Source: Patescibacteria group bacterium
GTDB lineage: Bacteria; Patescibacteriota; Patescibacteriia; UBA1558; UBA10009
Assembly: GCA_041662565.1 (NCBI GenBank)
Contig: JBAZSE010000002.1
Span: 91,244 to 155,243 of the forward strand
DNA: 64,000 nt
Direction of reading: 5' to 3'
Part shown: in pieces, positions 31,166-39,829 of the stretch
Layout of the letters: each line of letters opens with the position of its first letter
How positions within the stretch are numbered: position 1 is the first letter of the stretch
Program-made: the position numbers and the translations under genes
Notes under the pieces: model-generated
The model's database searches: none
Told to the model about the DNA's origin: nothing
Seen by the model: only the letters and a program-made list of their open reading frames with translations

Positions 31166-31675
31166 TTACCAGTGATAGTTATCCAGCGTGCGGGCTTTAA
31201 CTGGTGGAGCCCAAAGCAACATTTCCGGCACTTTGGCCAAGGTCTCACCTGTAGCCACAAACAATTTAGCGAGCGATTGCTGGTAAATTTGAATCGTTAC
31301 CGGTAAAGGATCACCCATTTGGCTACCTAAATCAATGGCGCTAGTTAATAATTGCTCCGCAGCCACACCCATTGGCTGGCCAATGGCCGAAAAAACATTG
31401 CTGTAAGGATCGTTGCCGACCGCCAAAGAATTTATCACCAATAGGGCGTAAACAATCAAACAACTGCAAAATATGTAAGTGCCCCTAAACAGATAATCAA
31501 AATATTTATCCGGCGAAGAGCGCTTTGCTCGGCATTGGCCTGATTCGCAGGATCCGCCGGTGCTTATATGAAAAGAGTGGGCATTGGAAACAAGTTTGAA
31601 ACTTGGCATATTTTTTTGGTTTTTGTTTTTATTAAATGCATCCGCCTGGGCTTTTTTAGCTTTAGCTGGATACAA
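31166..31675 (-). CDS. hypothetical protein (TTG start per ORF track)
   Basis: 169 aa ORF downstream of duplicated promoter-leader module. Confidence 0.4.
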   Translation of the reverse strand: MYPAKAKKAQADAFNKNKNQKNMPSFKLVSNAHSFHISTGGSCESGQCRAKRSSPDKYFDYLFRGTYIFCSCLIVYALLVINSLAVGNDPYSNVFSAIGQPMGVAAEQLLTSAIDLGSQMGDPLPVTIQIYQQSLAKLFVATGETLAKVPEMLLWAPPVKARTLDNYHW

Positions 31676-31707
31676 AAAACATAGGCGTTACCTATGCTTA
31701 CTATGTA

Positions 31708-31736
31708 ATGATAGCACACTTTTAGCTAAAAGTCAA
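31708..31736 (-). promoter_or_regulatory. sigma70-like promoter TTGACT-17-TATCAT (copy 2, inverted) with downstream MFFVS mini-ORF leader
   Basis: reverse complement identical to 10817-10845; shared leader continues ~45 nt. Confidence 0.5.
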
Positions 31737-31766
31737 CCTAGTTCTTCGCAAAGGGCTGAATAGACT

Positions 31767-32249
31767 CTAATTTATTTCCACAAACCTCTCACTCTCGGCC
31801 TCCCCTTCTGTAAAATTTATCATCATGGAATTTTTTGGTAAAATATCTTTGACCCTATCCGCCCATTCTATAACCACCAGGGTATTTGGTTTACCAAAAT
31901 ATTCCAGCAAACCGATATTTTTTAATTCTTCCGAATTATGCAAACGATAAGCGTCAACATGCACCAGCGTCTTAATCGGGCTAGTTGATGTTTGGTAAAC
32001 TTTCATTAAGACAAAGGTCGGGCTGTTAACTTTTTCTTGAACCCCTAACTCACTCGCCAAAAACTGGACAAAAGTGGTTTTACCGGCGCCCAACTCCCCC
32101 ACTAAGCCAACTACTTCGCCGCCTTTAAAACTAGCCATTAACTTTTTAGCTAATTTATTTAAGTCATTTAAATTTTTAATCGCCTGTTTCATATATAGGA
32201 TAATATCTGATATTGAAAAAAAAATCAATGAAAATAAGGTATTTGACAA
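31767..32249 (-). CDS. tsaE: tRNA threonylcarbamoyladenosine biosynthesis ATPase TsaE
   Basis: VGLVGELGAGKTTFVQ P-loop, YjeE-family length. Confidence 0.75.
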   Translation of the reverse strand: MSNTLFSLIFFSISDIILYMKQAIKNLNDLNKLAKKLMASFKGGEVVGLVGELGAGKTTFVQFLASELGVQEKVNSPTFVLMKVYQTSTSPIKTLVHVDAYRLHNSEELKNIGLLEYFGKPNTLVVIEWADRVKDILPKNSMMINFTEGEAESERFVEIN

Positions 32250-32336
32250 AGTTTAGCGGTCTGCTATAATTAATACTAGAAAAAGGCTTTTGGCCGAGGT
32301 TGTTATAACCTCAATCTGGTCGAAGGTCTTTTTTCG

Positions 32337-32609
32337 TTACTTATATATATCATGCTTGCCGATGTCGAAAAAATAAACAATTTCCGAATCAGCGAATTCA
32401 AAGATAATTCTATAACCGTAATTAACAGAAAAAGACCACAATTTATTGAGCCTGCCTTTTAATTTATGTATCTTTAAGGCGGGAGAAAATGGATTTTGAA
32501 TAAAAATTTCCTCTCTGCGGGCGGCGGCTTGTTTAATTTCAACAGGAAGTTTATTAAATTTCCTAACAAAAAAAGAAGTGTAGATGATTTTCATAAAATC
32601 GCTTTTCAA
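32337..32609 (-). CDS. RelE/ParE-superfamily toxin
   Basis: 90 aa; KIHKLKG...LWSFSVNYGYRIIFEF...EIVYFFDIGKHD pattern of RelE/ParE mRNA-interferase family. Confidence 0.6.
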   Translation of the reverse strand: MKSDFMKIIYTSFFVRKFNKLPVEIKQAAARREEIFIQNPFSPALKIHKLKGRLNKLWSFSVNYGYRIIFEFADSEIVYFFDIGKHDIYK

Positions 32610-32623
32610 TTTTATCTAAATAA

Positions 32624-32839
32624 TTATAATAAATCTTTCATTGACTTAATTTTAACACCCTTGCCTGCCTTGATTTCCTCTCGACCCTTTTTTACTTCTC
32701 TCAATAACTTATTAATTTGCCACTCGCGCAACAAATGCCTAAAAAATTCACTAACCGTGGCAAAACCCTCTTTTTTAAAATTGACTCTTAATTCTTTAGC
32801 CATTTCTTGAGGCAGAGAAATATTGATTACTTGACGCAT
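32624..32839 (-). CDS. cognate antitoxin (small, upstream, 15-nt spacing)
   Basis: 71 aa ORF immediately 5' of toxin on same strand. Confidence 0.45.
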   Translation of the reverse strand: MRQVINISLPQEMAKELRVNFKKEGFATVSEFFRHLLREWQINKLLREVKKGREEIKAGKGVKIKSMKDLL

Positions 32840-32906
32840 ATAATTGATTAATTAATTGTAATACATTGTATTACACATAATAACATCCTAAAAATAAACT
32901 GTCAAA

Positions 32907-33782
32907 TTAATCAAGCGGACTTTTAATACCACTAAAGCTATTGGCCACCTGAACATAACCCTCGGTGGTTTTTAAATTAACATGCCCTAACAGTTTTTGA
33001 ATAACCCTGATATCCGTGCCATTTTGCAAAAGATGCGTAGCAAAAGAATGCCTTAAAGAATGAATCCCCGCTTTTTTATTGATGTTGGCACAAACCAGGG
33101 CTTGATTAAAAATTTTTTGCGCCGATCTGGAAGTTAAATGACTCCTATTTTCCGCTCCATTATACAAATACTTTTGTTCCGCTGGCAATGTTGGCAAATA
33201 CTGATTTAATAGTTCTGTCGAATGATGGCTTAATAAAGTTACCCTATCTTTTGCGCCCTTACCCGACTTCACCATAATTTTATTTTGTCTCAAATCCAGA
33301 TGCTCAATCTTTAAACAAACCGCTTCCGAAACCCTTAAACCCGAACCATACATTATGGATAGTAACAATTTATGTTTAAGATTGTCTGTTAGCTCCAGCA
33401 ATTTGATTATTTCCTCTTTAGATAAAACAGTTGGCAAATATTTTTCCTTAGTTGGGCGAGTAATATTAAAAAACAGCTTCCGTTTAAGAATCTGTTGAAA
33501 ATAAAACTTTAAAGCCGAAATTGTTAAATTTAATGAAGTATTGGATTGCCCCTGTGCCTTAAGGTAAAGAAGATAATTTTTAACATCCTGCGTTGTTGCT
33601 TCTTTAGCTGACTTACCAATATAAACCAGAAATCTCCGGTTAATACTTAAATACGCTTCTATTGTTCGTTTGGAAAAACCCCTAATGATCAGCTCTTGAG
33701 CTAAAGTTGCCAATGGGTTTACTTTTTGAATGTTTGGCTTATAATAGGAGGATAAGCCAACCTCATTAAAACCGCTTTTCAT
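32907..33782 (-). CDS. tyrosine site-specific recombinase; candidate integron integrase (IntI-like), divergent from cassette array
   Basis: catalytic residues in GLRVSEA (R), HSLRHSFAT (H-x-x-R), LLGH (H), EGYVQV (Y); position and orientation relative to attC array. Confidence 0.6.
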   Translation of the reverse strand: MKSGFNEVGLSSYYKPNIQKVNPLATLAQELIIRGFSKRTIEAYLSINRRFLVYIGKSAKEATTQDVKNYLLYLKAQGQSNTSLNLTISALKFYFQQILKRKLFFNITRPTKEKYLPTVLSKEEIIKLLELTDNLKHKLLLSIMYGSGLRVSEAVCLKIEHLDLRQNKIMVKSGKGAKDRVTLLSHHSTELLNQYLPTLPAEQKYLYNGAENRSHLTSRSAQKIFNQALVCANINKKAGIHSLRHSFATHLLQNGTDIRVIQKLLGHVNLKTTEGYVQVANSFSGIKSPLD

Positions 33783-33865
33783 AAGGTTTTATGATTACTT
33801 ATTAGTTCCCCAATCTTGGCTTATTTAAAGCAAAAAGTCAACACTTCGCCTATCCAGTGTTGTAC
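33783..33865 (+). other. attI-like region; first cassette junction G|TTGTAC at ~33859/33860
   Basis: ccagtGTTGTACgaaat resembles cassette junctions cacGTTRRRYgaaat; the matching GTACAAC R'' lies at 34693. Confidence 0.5.
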
Positions 33866-33922
33866 GAAATAAATTTTTATATAAAATCCTACTTAGGGCG
33901 AATTCTCTTCTAAAACTTACTA

Positions 33923-34681
33923 ATGAACATGACTAAATTTATGGAAAAATATCCAACAAATATTCCCTTAGAACAAACTACGACAGAAAAACCTTTTGAA
34001 ACTTCCTTAACGGAAGAACAAAAGGAAACCGAAAGAAAAACAGAAGCTTTAAAATGGTTCGTTGACCAGGCGTTTCATAAACCAAAGATAAACGAATCAA
34101 CTAACTTTGAACAACTATCGAAATGGTGTGAATTTGTTTTAAACCATCTTTTAAAATCCAAAGAAGGGTATAACCGAGCAAATGGATGCCCGACTTATTT
34201 AGCTAGTTTTGAATACATTGGATCTCAAATCTCTGACTCTGACTCGGAACAAATAGATAACATATTAATGGAAATTAAAAAAACAATAAACGAAAACAAT
34301 GAGTTAAAGGAATGGCTCATTAAAGCTTCCAATCCAAAAAACATGGATGACATCTTAGTTAAACGTAATCTTTTCTTTGATAATATAAGTTTCTACAATC
34401 CTGCCACCTCAGCAAGGATATATCATCCAAGTGGATTAAAAAAAATAACTGAAAATGTATTTGAATTAGAAGAAAATATAAGTATTGACGAAATGTATGA
34501 ATCTTACCTAGGTTACTTAACAAGAAGTATAGAATTCGCCCTAAGTAAAGGTTCGAAACCTGAAGACGATGCTGGTTCCGCCAATGGACTAAAGAGATAT
34601 CTTAGTGTTTATGAAAAAATGACAGGAAAACCATTTAATGAATCTAGTGTTAAAAGTCAAGATGATAATACAAAAATTTAA
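33923..34681 (+). CDS. cassette 1 hypothetical protein
   Basis: 252 aa ORF. Confidence 0.5.
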   Translation: MNMTKFMEKYPTNIPLEQTTTEKPFETSLTEEQKETERKTEALKWFVDQAFHKPKINESTNFEQLSKWCEFVLNHLLKSKEGYNRANGCPTYLASFEYIGSQISDSDSEQIDNILMEIKKTINENNELKEWLIKASNPKNMDDILVKRNLFFDNISFYNPATSARIYHPSGLKKITENVFELEENISIDEMYESYLGYLTRSIEFALSKGSKPEDDAGSANGLKRYLSVYEKMTGKPFNESSVKSQDDNTKI

Positions 34682-34692
34682 AAATTTATATC

Positions 34693-34836
34693 GTACAACA
34701 CCCCATATGCGGTTCCGCGCCTTGCTAGGCGCTTCACCCAAATTGCTTGTCCGCTTAGGCGGTTAGCTCGGCTATCGCCTCGCGATTATACCGCCACGCG
34801 GCCTGCGCAACTTCGCATATGGTGGCACGTTATATG
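34693..34836 (+). repeat. attC site 1 (R'' GTACAAC ... R' GTTATAT)
   Basis: ccatatgcg / cgcatatgg inner repeats; crossover G|TT at ~34830. Confidence 0.7.
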
Positions 34837-34868
34837 AAATATTTAATTTTATTTTTAATCACAAAACT

Positions 34869-35375
34869 ATGATACCAGGCTGGTTAATTGCAATTCTTAC
34901 GTTTCCAGGAATTATTGCTCATGAGTTTGGGCACATGTTTTTTTGTAAACAATTTAATGTCAAAATCCATAAAGTTTGCTATTTTAGATTTGGAAACCCG
35001 GCTGGCTATGTAATACATGATGACCCTAATAACTTTAAACAATCTTTTTTTATTGACGTAGGCCCATTTATTGTCAGTAATATATTAGCTATTGTTGCCT
35101 TTATTTTCTCTGCCTCCCTTATGAATAGTATAGAAAGCGCGGGAATATTCTTTAGCTGGCTTGGTATTTCTTTTGCGATGAATTCTTTTCCTAGTAAAGG
35201 TGATGCAAAAGTTCTATGGGCCGTTACAAAAAAACATTCTGAAAAAGATAGTTTTCTTAAACTTATTGGGTATCCTTTTGCAATTATAATCTACATTGCA
35301 AATTTATTAAGTTTTATTTGGTTTGATTTAATTTGGGCAATTGGATTATATACATTAGTTAATAGTATAATATAA
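34869..35375 (+). CDS. membrane HExxH zinc-metallopeptidase-like protein (DUF3267-like)
   Basis: AHEFGHMFF motif in first TM helix, 4-5 TM segments. Confidence 0.45.
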   Translation: MIPGWLIAILTFPGIIAHEFGHMFFCKQFNVKIHKVCYFRFGNPAGYVIHDDPNNFKQSFFIDVGPFIVSNILAIVAFIFSASLMNSIESAGIFFSWLGISFAMNSFPSKGDAKVLWAVTKKHSEKDSFLKLIGYPFAIIIYIANLLSFIWFDLIWAIGLYTLVNSII

Positions 35376-35395
35376 AAAATAAAATTAAATACATC

Positions 35396-35971
35396 ATATA
35401 ACACAGGATTGCCGGTTCATAAACTAAATAAAACTTAATAATATGGAAAACCAACCGTATGATCCAGTTGGACACATTAAAATACTAGCTTCTGACTTTA
35501 AAAAAAGTTACTCTTTTTACAAGGATATTTTTGAGGCCTTAAATTACAAACAGGTCTCCAATAAAGAAAATAGTGCTGGTTGGGCTAAAAATGGATATGG
35601 TATATTATTAGGGCAAGCAAAAATCATTGATTTTCCATATAAATATGGGATGCCTGGAATTCATCATATTTGCTTAAAAGCAGAGTCAACTGATAAAGTA
35701 GATGAATTATACAATCTAGCAGTTAAAAAAGAGGTTCATATTTATGAACCACCTCAAAAATATCCTAATTATACCGATAAGTATTATGCTGTATTTTTCG
35801 CTGACCCAGATGGAATGAAAATGGAAATAGCTTATTATTAAGTTTTCTTTAGTTTATTCACCCAAATTGCTCGTTCCCCCTCGTCGCTACGGTGCTAGGC
35901 CTCCGGCCAATTTTAGCACCTTCGCTCGCTCGGGGTCACTTCGCAACTTCGGCAATCCACGCACGTTGTGC
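35396..35971 (+). repeat. split attC site 2: 5' arm (R'' ATATAAC + AGGATTGCCG) and 3' arm (CGGCAATCC + R' GTTGTGC) separated by the VOC ORF
   Basis: L'' aggattgccg at ~35404-35413 is the reverse complement of cggcaatcc at ~35952-35960; 3' arm begins ttcacccaaattgct as in intact attCs. Confidence 0.55.
35443..35841 (+). CDS. VOC/glyoxalase-bleomycin-resistance-fold protein (copy 1)
   Basis: 132 aa; near-identical paralogue at 49242-49640 including 45 nt upstream. Confidence 0.5.
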   Translation: MENQPYDPVGHIKILASDFKKSYSFYKDIFEALNYKQVSNKENSAGWAKNGYGILLGQAKIIDFPYKYGMPGIHHICLKAESTDKVDELYNLAVKKEVHIYEPPQKYPNYTDKYYAVFFADPDGMKMEIAYY

Positions 35972-36004
35972 GAAATAAAATTTTTTTCAGCCTAAAACAT
36001 ACAT

Positions 36005-36487
36005 ATGACAATAATTAAAAAGGCAAAAATCAATGATGCCGCAAATATTGCAAAAATGGCAGTAGCATTATTAAAATACCATGCAAATTTTGATCCATAT
36101 TTTGCCCCCATTAATGACGCAGAAAATATTTATGCTAAGTATTTTAAAAAGTGTATTTACTCTCCAACAAAGCAATTACTGGTGGCAGAATGTGACGGGA
36201 AGTTAGCCGGCTACGCTTTAATTGAAATTACTTCTAGACCCCCTGTTTTCAAAGTAAAAAATATGGGGTTAGTCAATGATATTTTTGTGGTGGCTAAGTT
36301 TCGTAGAAAAGGTGTGGGAAAAGAACTTTTTATCGGTATGCTGGATTGGATTAAAAGTAAAAAACCAGGATATAAATCACTAGACTATATAGAACTATCA
36401 GTAAATATAAAAGACATTATTAGCCAAAAAGCGTGGGCAAAGTATGGATTCAAAGAATATATAAGCAAACAAAGAATGAAGATATAA
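36005..36487 (+). CDS. GNAT-family N-acetyltransferase
   Basis: VAKFRRKGVGKELF acetyl-CoA binding motif A. Confidence 0.65.
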   Translation: MTIIKKAKINDAANIAKMAVALLKYHANFDPYFAPINDAENIYAKYFKKCIYSPTKQLLVAECDGKLAGYALIEITSRPPVFKVKNMGLVNDIFVVAKFRRKGVGKELFIGMLDWIKSKKPGYKSLDYIELSVNIKDIISQKAWAKYGFKEYISKQRMKI

Positions 36488-36512
36488 AACCGGCTGAAAA
36501 AATTTTACATCG

Positions 36513-37035
36513 CACAACACAGGATTGCCGATTCGCAAGGCGAAAAATCTCATTATGTATGAACGAATATACTAAATACATAGGTCAAATAGTTAAGGTT
36601 ATTATGGATAGGCCAATGGGTACTACTCATCCTAGAATCCCAGAAATTTACTATACTCTAAACTATGGTTATATTCCTGATACAATGGCCCCTGATGGTG
36701 AAGAGATAGATGCATATATATTGGGTATTTCTGAACCACTATCTGAATTTACTGGAGAATGTATTGCAGTAATTCATAGATTAAACGATAATGATGATAA
36801 GCTGATAGTTGTGCCAAAAGGGATTACCTTTACTGATGAGCAAATTATAACCTTAACTAACTTTCAGGAAAAATATTTTAAAAGCGAGATTATCAGGAAC
36901 TAAGTTATTTTTTCGCCTTGCTCATCCAAATTGCTCGTTCCCCCTCGTCGCTACGGTGCTAGGCCTCCGGCCAATTTTAGCACCTTCGCTCGCTCGGGGT
37001 CACTTCGCAACTTCGGCAATCCACGCACGTTAGGC
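36513..37035 (+). repeat. split attC site 3: R'' GCACAAC + AGGATTGCCG ... ORF ... CGGCAATCC + R' GTTAGGC
   Basis: R'' complements cassette start TTGTGC; arms complementary across a 345-nt ORF. Confidence 0.55.
36559..36903 (+). CDS. inorganic-pyrophosphatase-like protein (short, N-terminally reduced), encoded inside split attC
   Basis: YTLNYGYIPDTMAPDGEEIDAYILG and DNDDKLIVVP resemble family I PPase motifs. Confidence 0.35.
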   Translation: MNEYTKYIGQIVKVIMDRPMGTTHPRIPEIYYTLNYGYIPDTMAPDGEEIDAYILGISEPLSEFTGECIAVIHRLNDNDDKLIVVPKGITFTDEQIITLTNFQEKYFKSEIIRN

Positions 37036-37106
37036 GTAATTCCATTTCAAGAAAGATAATTTTTGTTATTTTTTGGGAAAAGAAAAAGGAGGGCAGATAC
37101 ACAGAT

Positions 37107-37418
37107 CTACCCTCCATTGATTTGATACTTTCGCTTTCTTGGGATTCTTACTCTAAACAAAGGCTTTTTATATAGTGGCTCTTTATATAGAGAAACAAAA
37201 GCAATAACTCCTACCACTGGACTAGCAACCATCCCTATAATCAATACAATATTGTCAAATAGAGAAGGTTCCATAGACGGCCCATTGTAACCAAGGGTAT
37301 GTAAGTTATTGACTAAAACTATTGCACCGCAAGTTATAACAGGCAAAAGTGCGGCTACAATAGCTCCAACGCAAGATCTTATAACTCTTTTCATCTCTCC
37401 CTCATAAAATTTTGCCAC
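37107..37418 (-). CDS. reverse-oriented cassette ORF: small membrane protein with own promoter
   Basis: minus-strand TTGACA-17-TATTAT at ~37448-37476 and GAGGGAG Shine-Dalgarno. Confidence 0.45.
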   Translation of the reverse strand: MAKFYEGEMKRVIRSCVGAIVAALLPVITCGAIVLVNNLHTLGYNGPSMEPSLFDNIVLIIGMVASPVVGVIAFVSLYKEPLYKKPLFRVRIPRKRKYQINGG

Positions 37419-37623
37419 TAAAGGAGTGACACCTTATAAATGAACCATTTAATAAATTATAATAGCATGGTATTTCTATTCTGTCAATCTATGCCACTTC
37501 GTTTTTTACTAAATTTAGCTAATATTAGCCAAAAATAACAAAAATTATTAAAAAATACATTGTAAAATCAAGGTTTTTCAATTATTAAGAGATTATGGTA
37601 GGATTATTGGGAAATGGAACACC

Positions 37624-37830
37624 GCCTAACACCGCGTATGCGGCTTTAGCTTCCGCCTCTCTAACTAGCATTGATATTTCTTAACAAAACTGCTTAAATT
37701 AGATTAAGCAGTTTTAGTTTTTAATACAGAACGTGCGGCGTAAGCTAAAGCGTACATTGGCGGGTGGTTCCCCGCCTGTCGGCGGGATATTTTACCACCC
37801 GCCAACGTCGCATACGCACGCACGTTAGGC
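37624..37830 (+). repeat. attC site 4 (long type; R'' GCCTAAC ... R' GTTAGGC) with internal hairpin ctgcttaa-attagat-ttaagcag
   Basis: ccgcgtatgcg / cgcatacgcacg inner repeats. Confidence 0.7.
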
Positions 37831-37869
37831 GTAATTAATTTTAAATTTAAACATTATTATACTAAATAC

Positions 37870-38751
37870 ATGGGAATAGAAAAATACACTTTCACTGAAA
37901 AAAATAATTTATTTGAAAAAGGAGAAGTAGATCCTGATTTTGAAATACAAAAAACAACAGTTGAAGATGCCTTAAGTAGAGCTATTTATGTTGGGGAAGG
38001 ATACGCTAGCGAAAGCCTGCTCAAAGAAAGACCAGGTTATTATGCTAGCTACCAGTCGAATCACGGAATCGACCGAGACCCGGAGTCAGGCAAAATTATT
38101 CCAGGATCTTTCATGAGAAAAAGTATTAAATTAGAAGGTTACTGTTGGCTCGTTGTTGATATAGATGAATATTTTGCAGAATTCGAAAAATCAATTACTG
38201 ACCCAAGTAGAATTTTTGAACTTGCTGAAAAAACCCATCCTTCATTATTAAAACTTATTCGAGCAAGAGGGTTCTTAAAACAAGAAGATTCCATAGAACA
38301 GAGAAAAGAAGATCTTATTACAAATTTAATTGGCATGGAAAATAAAAATAATCTAGCAATAACTTTTGCATATGAGGGTACGGATGAGAACGCGGAAAAA
38401 CTATTTAATGATTTATTTTCAAATAGAGATAAGAAAATAGATGAGGAGAGGCAAATAACTGAAAGTTTAGTAAGTAATGATTCAGAAGTTCAAATCGTAT
38501 TTAATCAAAAAGAGGGACGGGCTGATTTTAAGTCAGTATTTATGGATAACGATAGCGGTATTGGTAGATTTCGTTTTTGGCTACCAGAAGGATTATCAAA
38601 AATAGGAATTGAGCATCCAGAAAGATTTAAAAAAATTTTAGATGATATTAAGTTACTAATTGATAAATTAAAAGAAAATAAGCAAGTTTCACAAATCCAT
38701 ATAAGTCTTGGGACTGGAGTTTTATCTCCATTTTGGAAAAGAAATGAATAA
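37870..38751 (+). CDS. cassette hypothetical protein
   Basis: 293 aa ORF. Confidence 0.5.
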   Translation: MGIEKYTFTEKNNLFEKGEVDPDFEIQKTTVEDALSRAIYVGEGYASESLLKERPGYYASYQSNHGIDRDPESGKIIPGSFMRKSIKLEGYCWLVVDIDEYFAEFEKSITDPSRIFELAEKTHPSLLKLIRARGFLKQEDSIEQRKEDLITNLIGMENKNNLAITFAYEGTDENAEKLFNDLFSNRDKKIDEERQITESLVSNDSEVQIVFNQKEGRADFKSVFMDNDSGIGRFRFWLPEGLSKIGIEHPERFKKILDDIKLLIDKLKENKQVSQIHISLGTGVLSPFWKRNE

Positions 38752-38771
38752 TAAAATTGAAAATTAACACC

Positions 38772-38907
38772 GCCTAACACCCCATATGCGGTTCCGCCCG
38801 CCTGCTGTCGGGCTTCACCCAAATTACTCGTTCGTTCGGGGGTCGGCTCCGCCGATATTTTACCCCCTCACTCACTTCGCAACTTCGCATATGGTGGCAC
38901 GTTAGGT
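38772..38907 (+). repeat. attC site 5 (short type; R'' GCCTAAC ... R' GTTAGGT)
   Basis: ccatatgcg / cgcatatgg. Confidence 0.7.
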
Positions 38908-39064
38908 GAAATAAATTTTTCTTTTAGGGGCAAGTTGAACGATAATACTTTTAAAATAACGGATAAAATTTTGCTTTTTCTTTTTTATTTTAGGGGGATA
39001 TAGGTGTTTTTGCCCCCGACAAAGCGGGGTCAAAAACGATTTATAATAATTAAATACAAAATAT

Positions 39065-39814
39065 ATGAGATTATTCCTAGATGAAACTATATGGAAAACA
39101 AAAAGAGGTTTTACTTTTGATAAAGCTGCTAGCTATTTAGCCATAGGAATTCATGGGGGTCAAGATTTTTTTACATTACCCGTAGGAAGCATACCTGTTT
39201 ACGCCCCTTGCGATGGTGAACTAATAACATTCCCTGGGTTTTCTAAATCAGCTGGTTGGTGGGGTGTATACAGATTCCAATGTAATAATGCTACTTACAG
39301 TTTAAAAATCCTACACATGTACAAAGAACTTAAAGCTGGTAAATACAAAGAAGGTGATATTCTAGGATATTGCGGAGGAACAGGGCTAGCCGTAACCGGA
39401 AAATACGGAACATCATATATAGGAGAATCGCATGAGGAACAAACTTCAGACAGAGCCGTCCCTCATCTACACGCAGAACTTCATATTGGAGAATATAAGC
39501 ATGACACAAACAAAAATAAACTACTAGCACAACAACGCTTAATTGATCCGGTCAAAACCTTTGAAAAATGGCTAAGCGAAACATTAACAACTCAAAATAA
39601 TATGACTTTCTATAAAGAAAAAGATAAATCATCGGTATACATCAAAGGCGCGGATAACATTTACTACCCTATTATAACAGGTAAACATTTCTTAACTTTA
39701 TTTGGCGACTGGAAAGACAATAAAATAAACGAAGTTGACTCCCTGGAACCAAAATCTGACATATATTTTGGGTTATTTAAATCACAAGACGATGGAAAAT
39801 ACGACATTGCATAA
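39065..39814 (+). CDS. M23-family (LytM/lysostaphin-like) metallopeptidase domain protein
   Basis: HGGQD (HxxxD), GSIPVYAPCDGELI, PHLHAELH (HxH) motifs. Confidence 0.6.
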   Translation: MRLFLDETIWKTKRGFTFDKAASYLAIGIHGGQDFFTLPVGSIPVYAPCDGELITFPGFSKSAGWWGVYRFQCNNATYSLKILHMYKELKAGKYKEGDILGYCGGTGLAVTGKYGTSYIGESHEEQTSDRAVPHLHAELHIGEYKHDTNKNKLLAQQRLIDPVKTFEKWLSETLTTQNNMTFYKEKDKSSVYIKGADNIYYPIITGKHFLTLFGDWKDNKINEVDSLEPKSDIYFGLFKSQDDGKYDIA

Positions 39815-39829
39815 AAATAAATTAATTCT

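Noticed and set aside
33783-33860. Calling specific Pc/Pint promoters in the attI region
   Set aside because: Only weak hexamer matches (e.g. TTGACT-17-CAAGAT on the minus strand), insufficient to assert.
36433-36558. N-terminal extension of the PPase-like ORF overlapping the GNAT gene
   Set aside because: Extension runs through the GNAT stop and the attC 5' arm. The in-frame Met at 36559 gives a start consistent with the PPase alignment.
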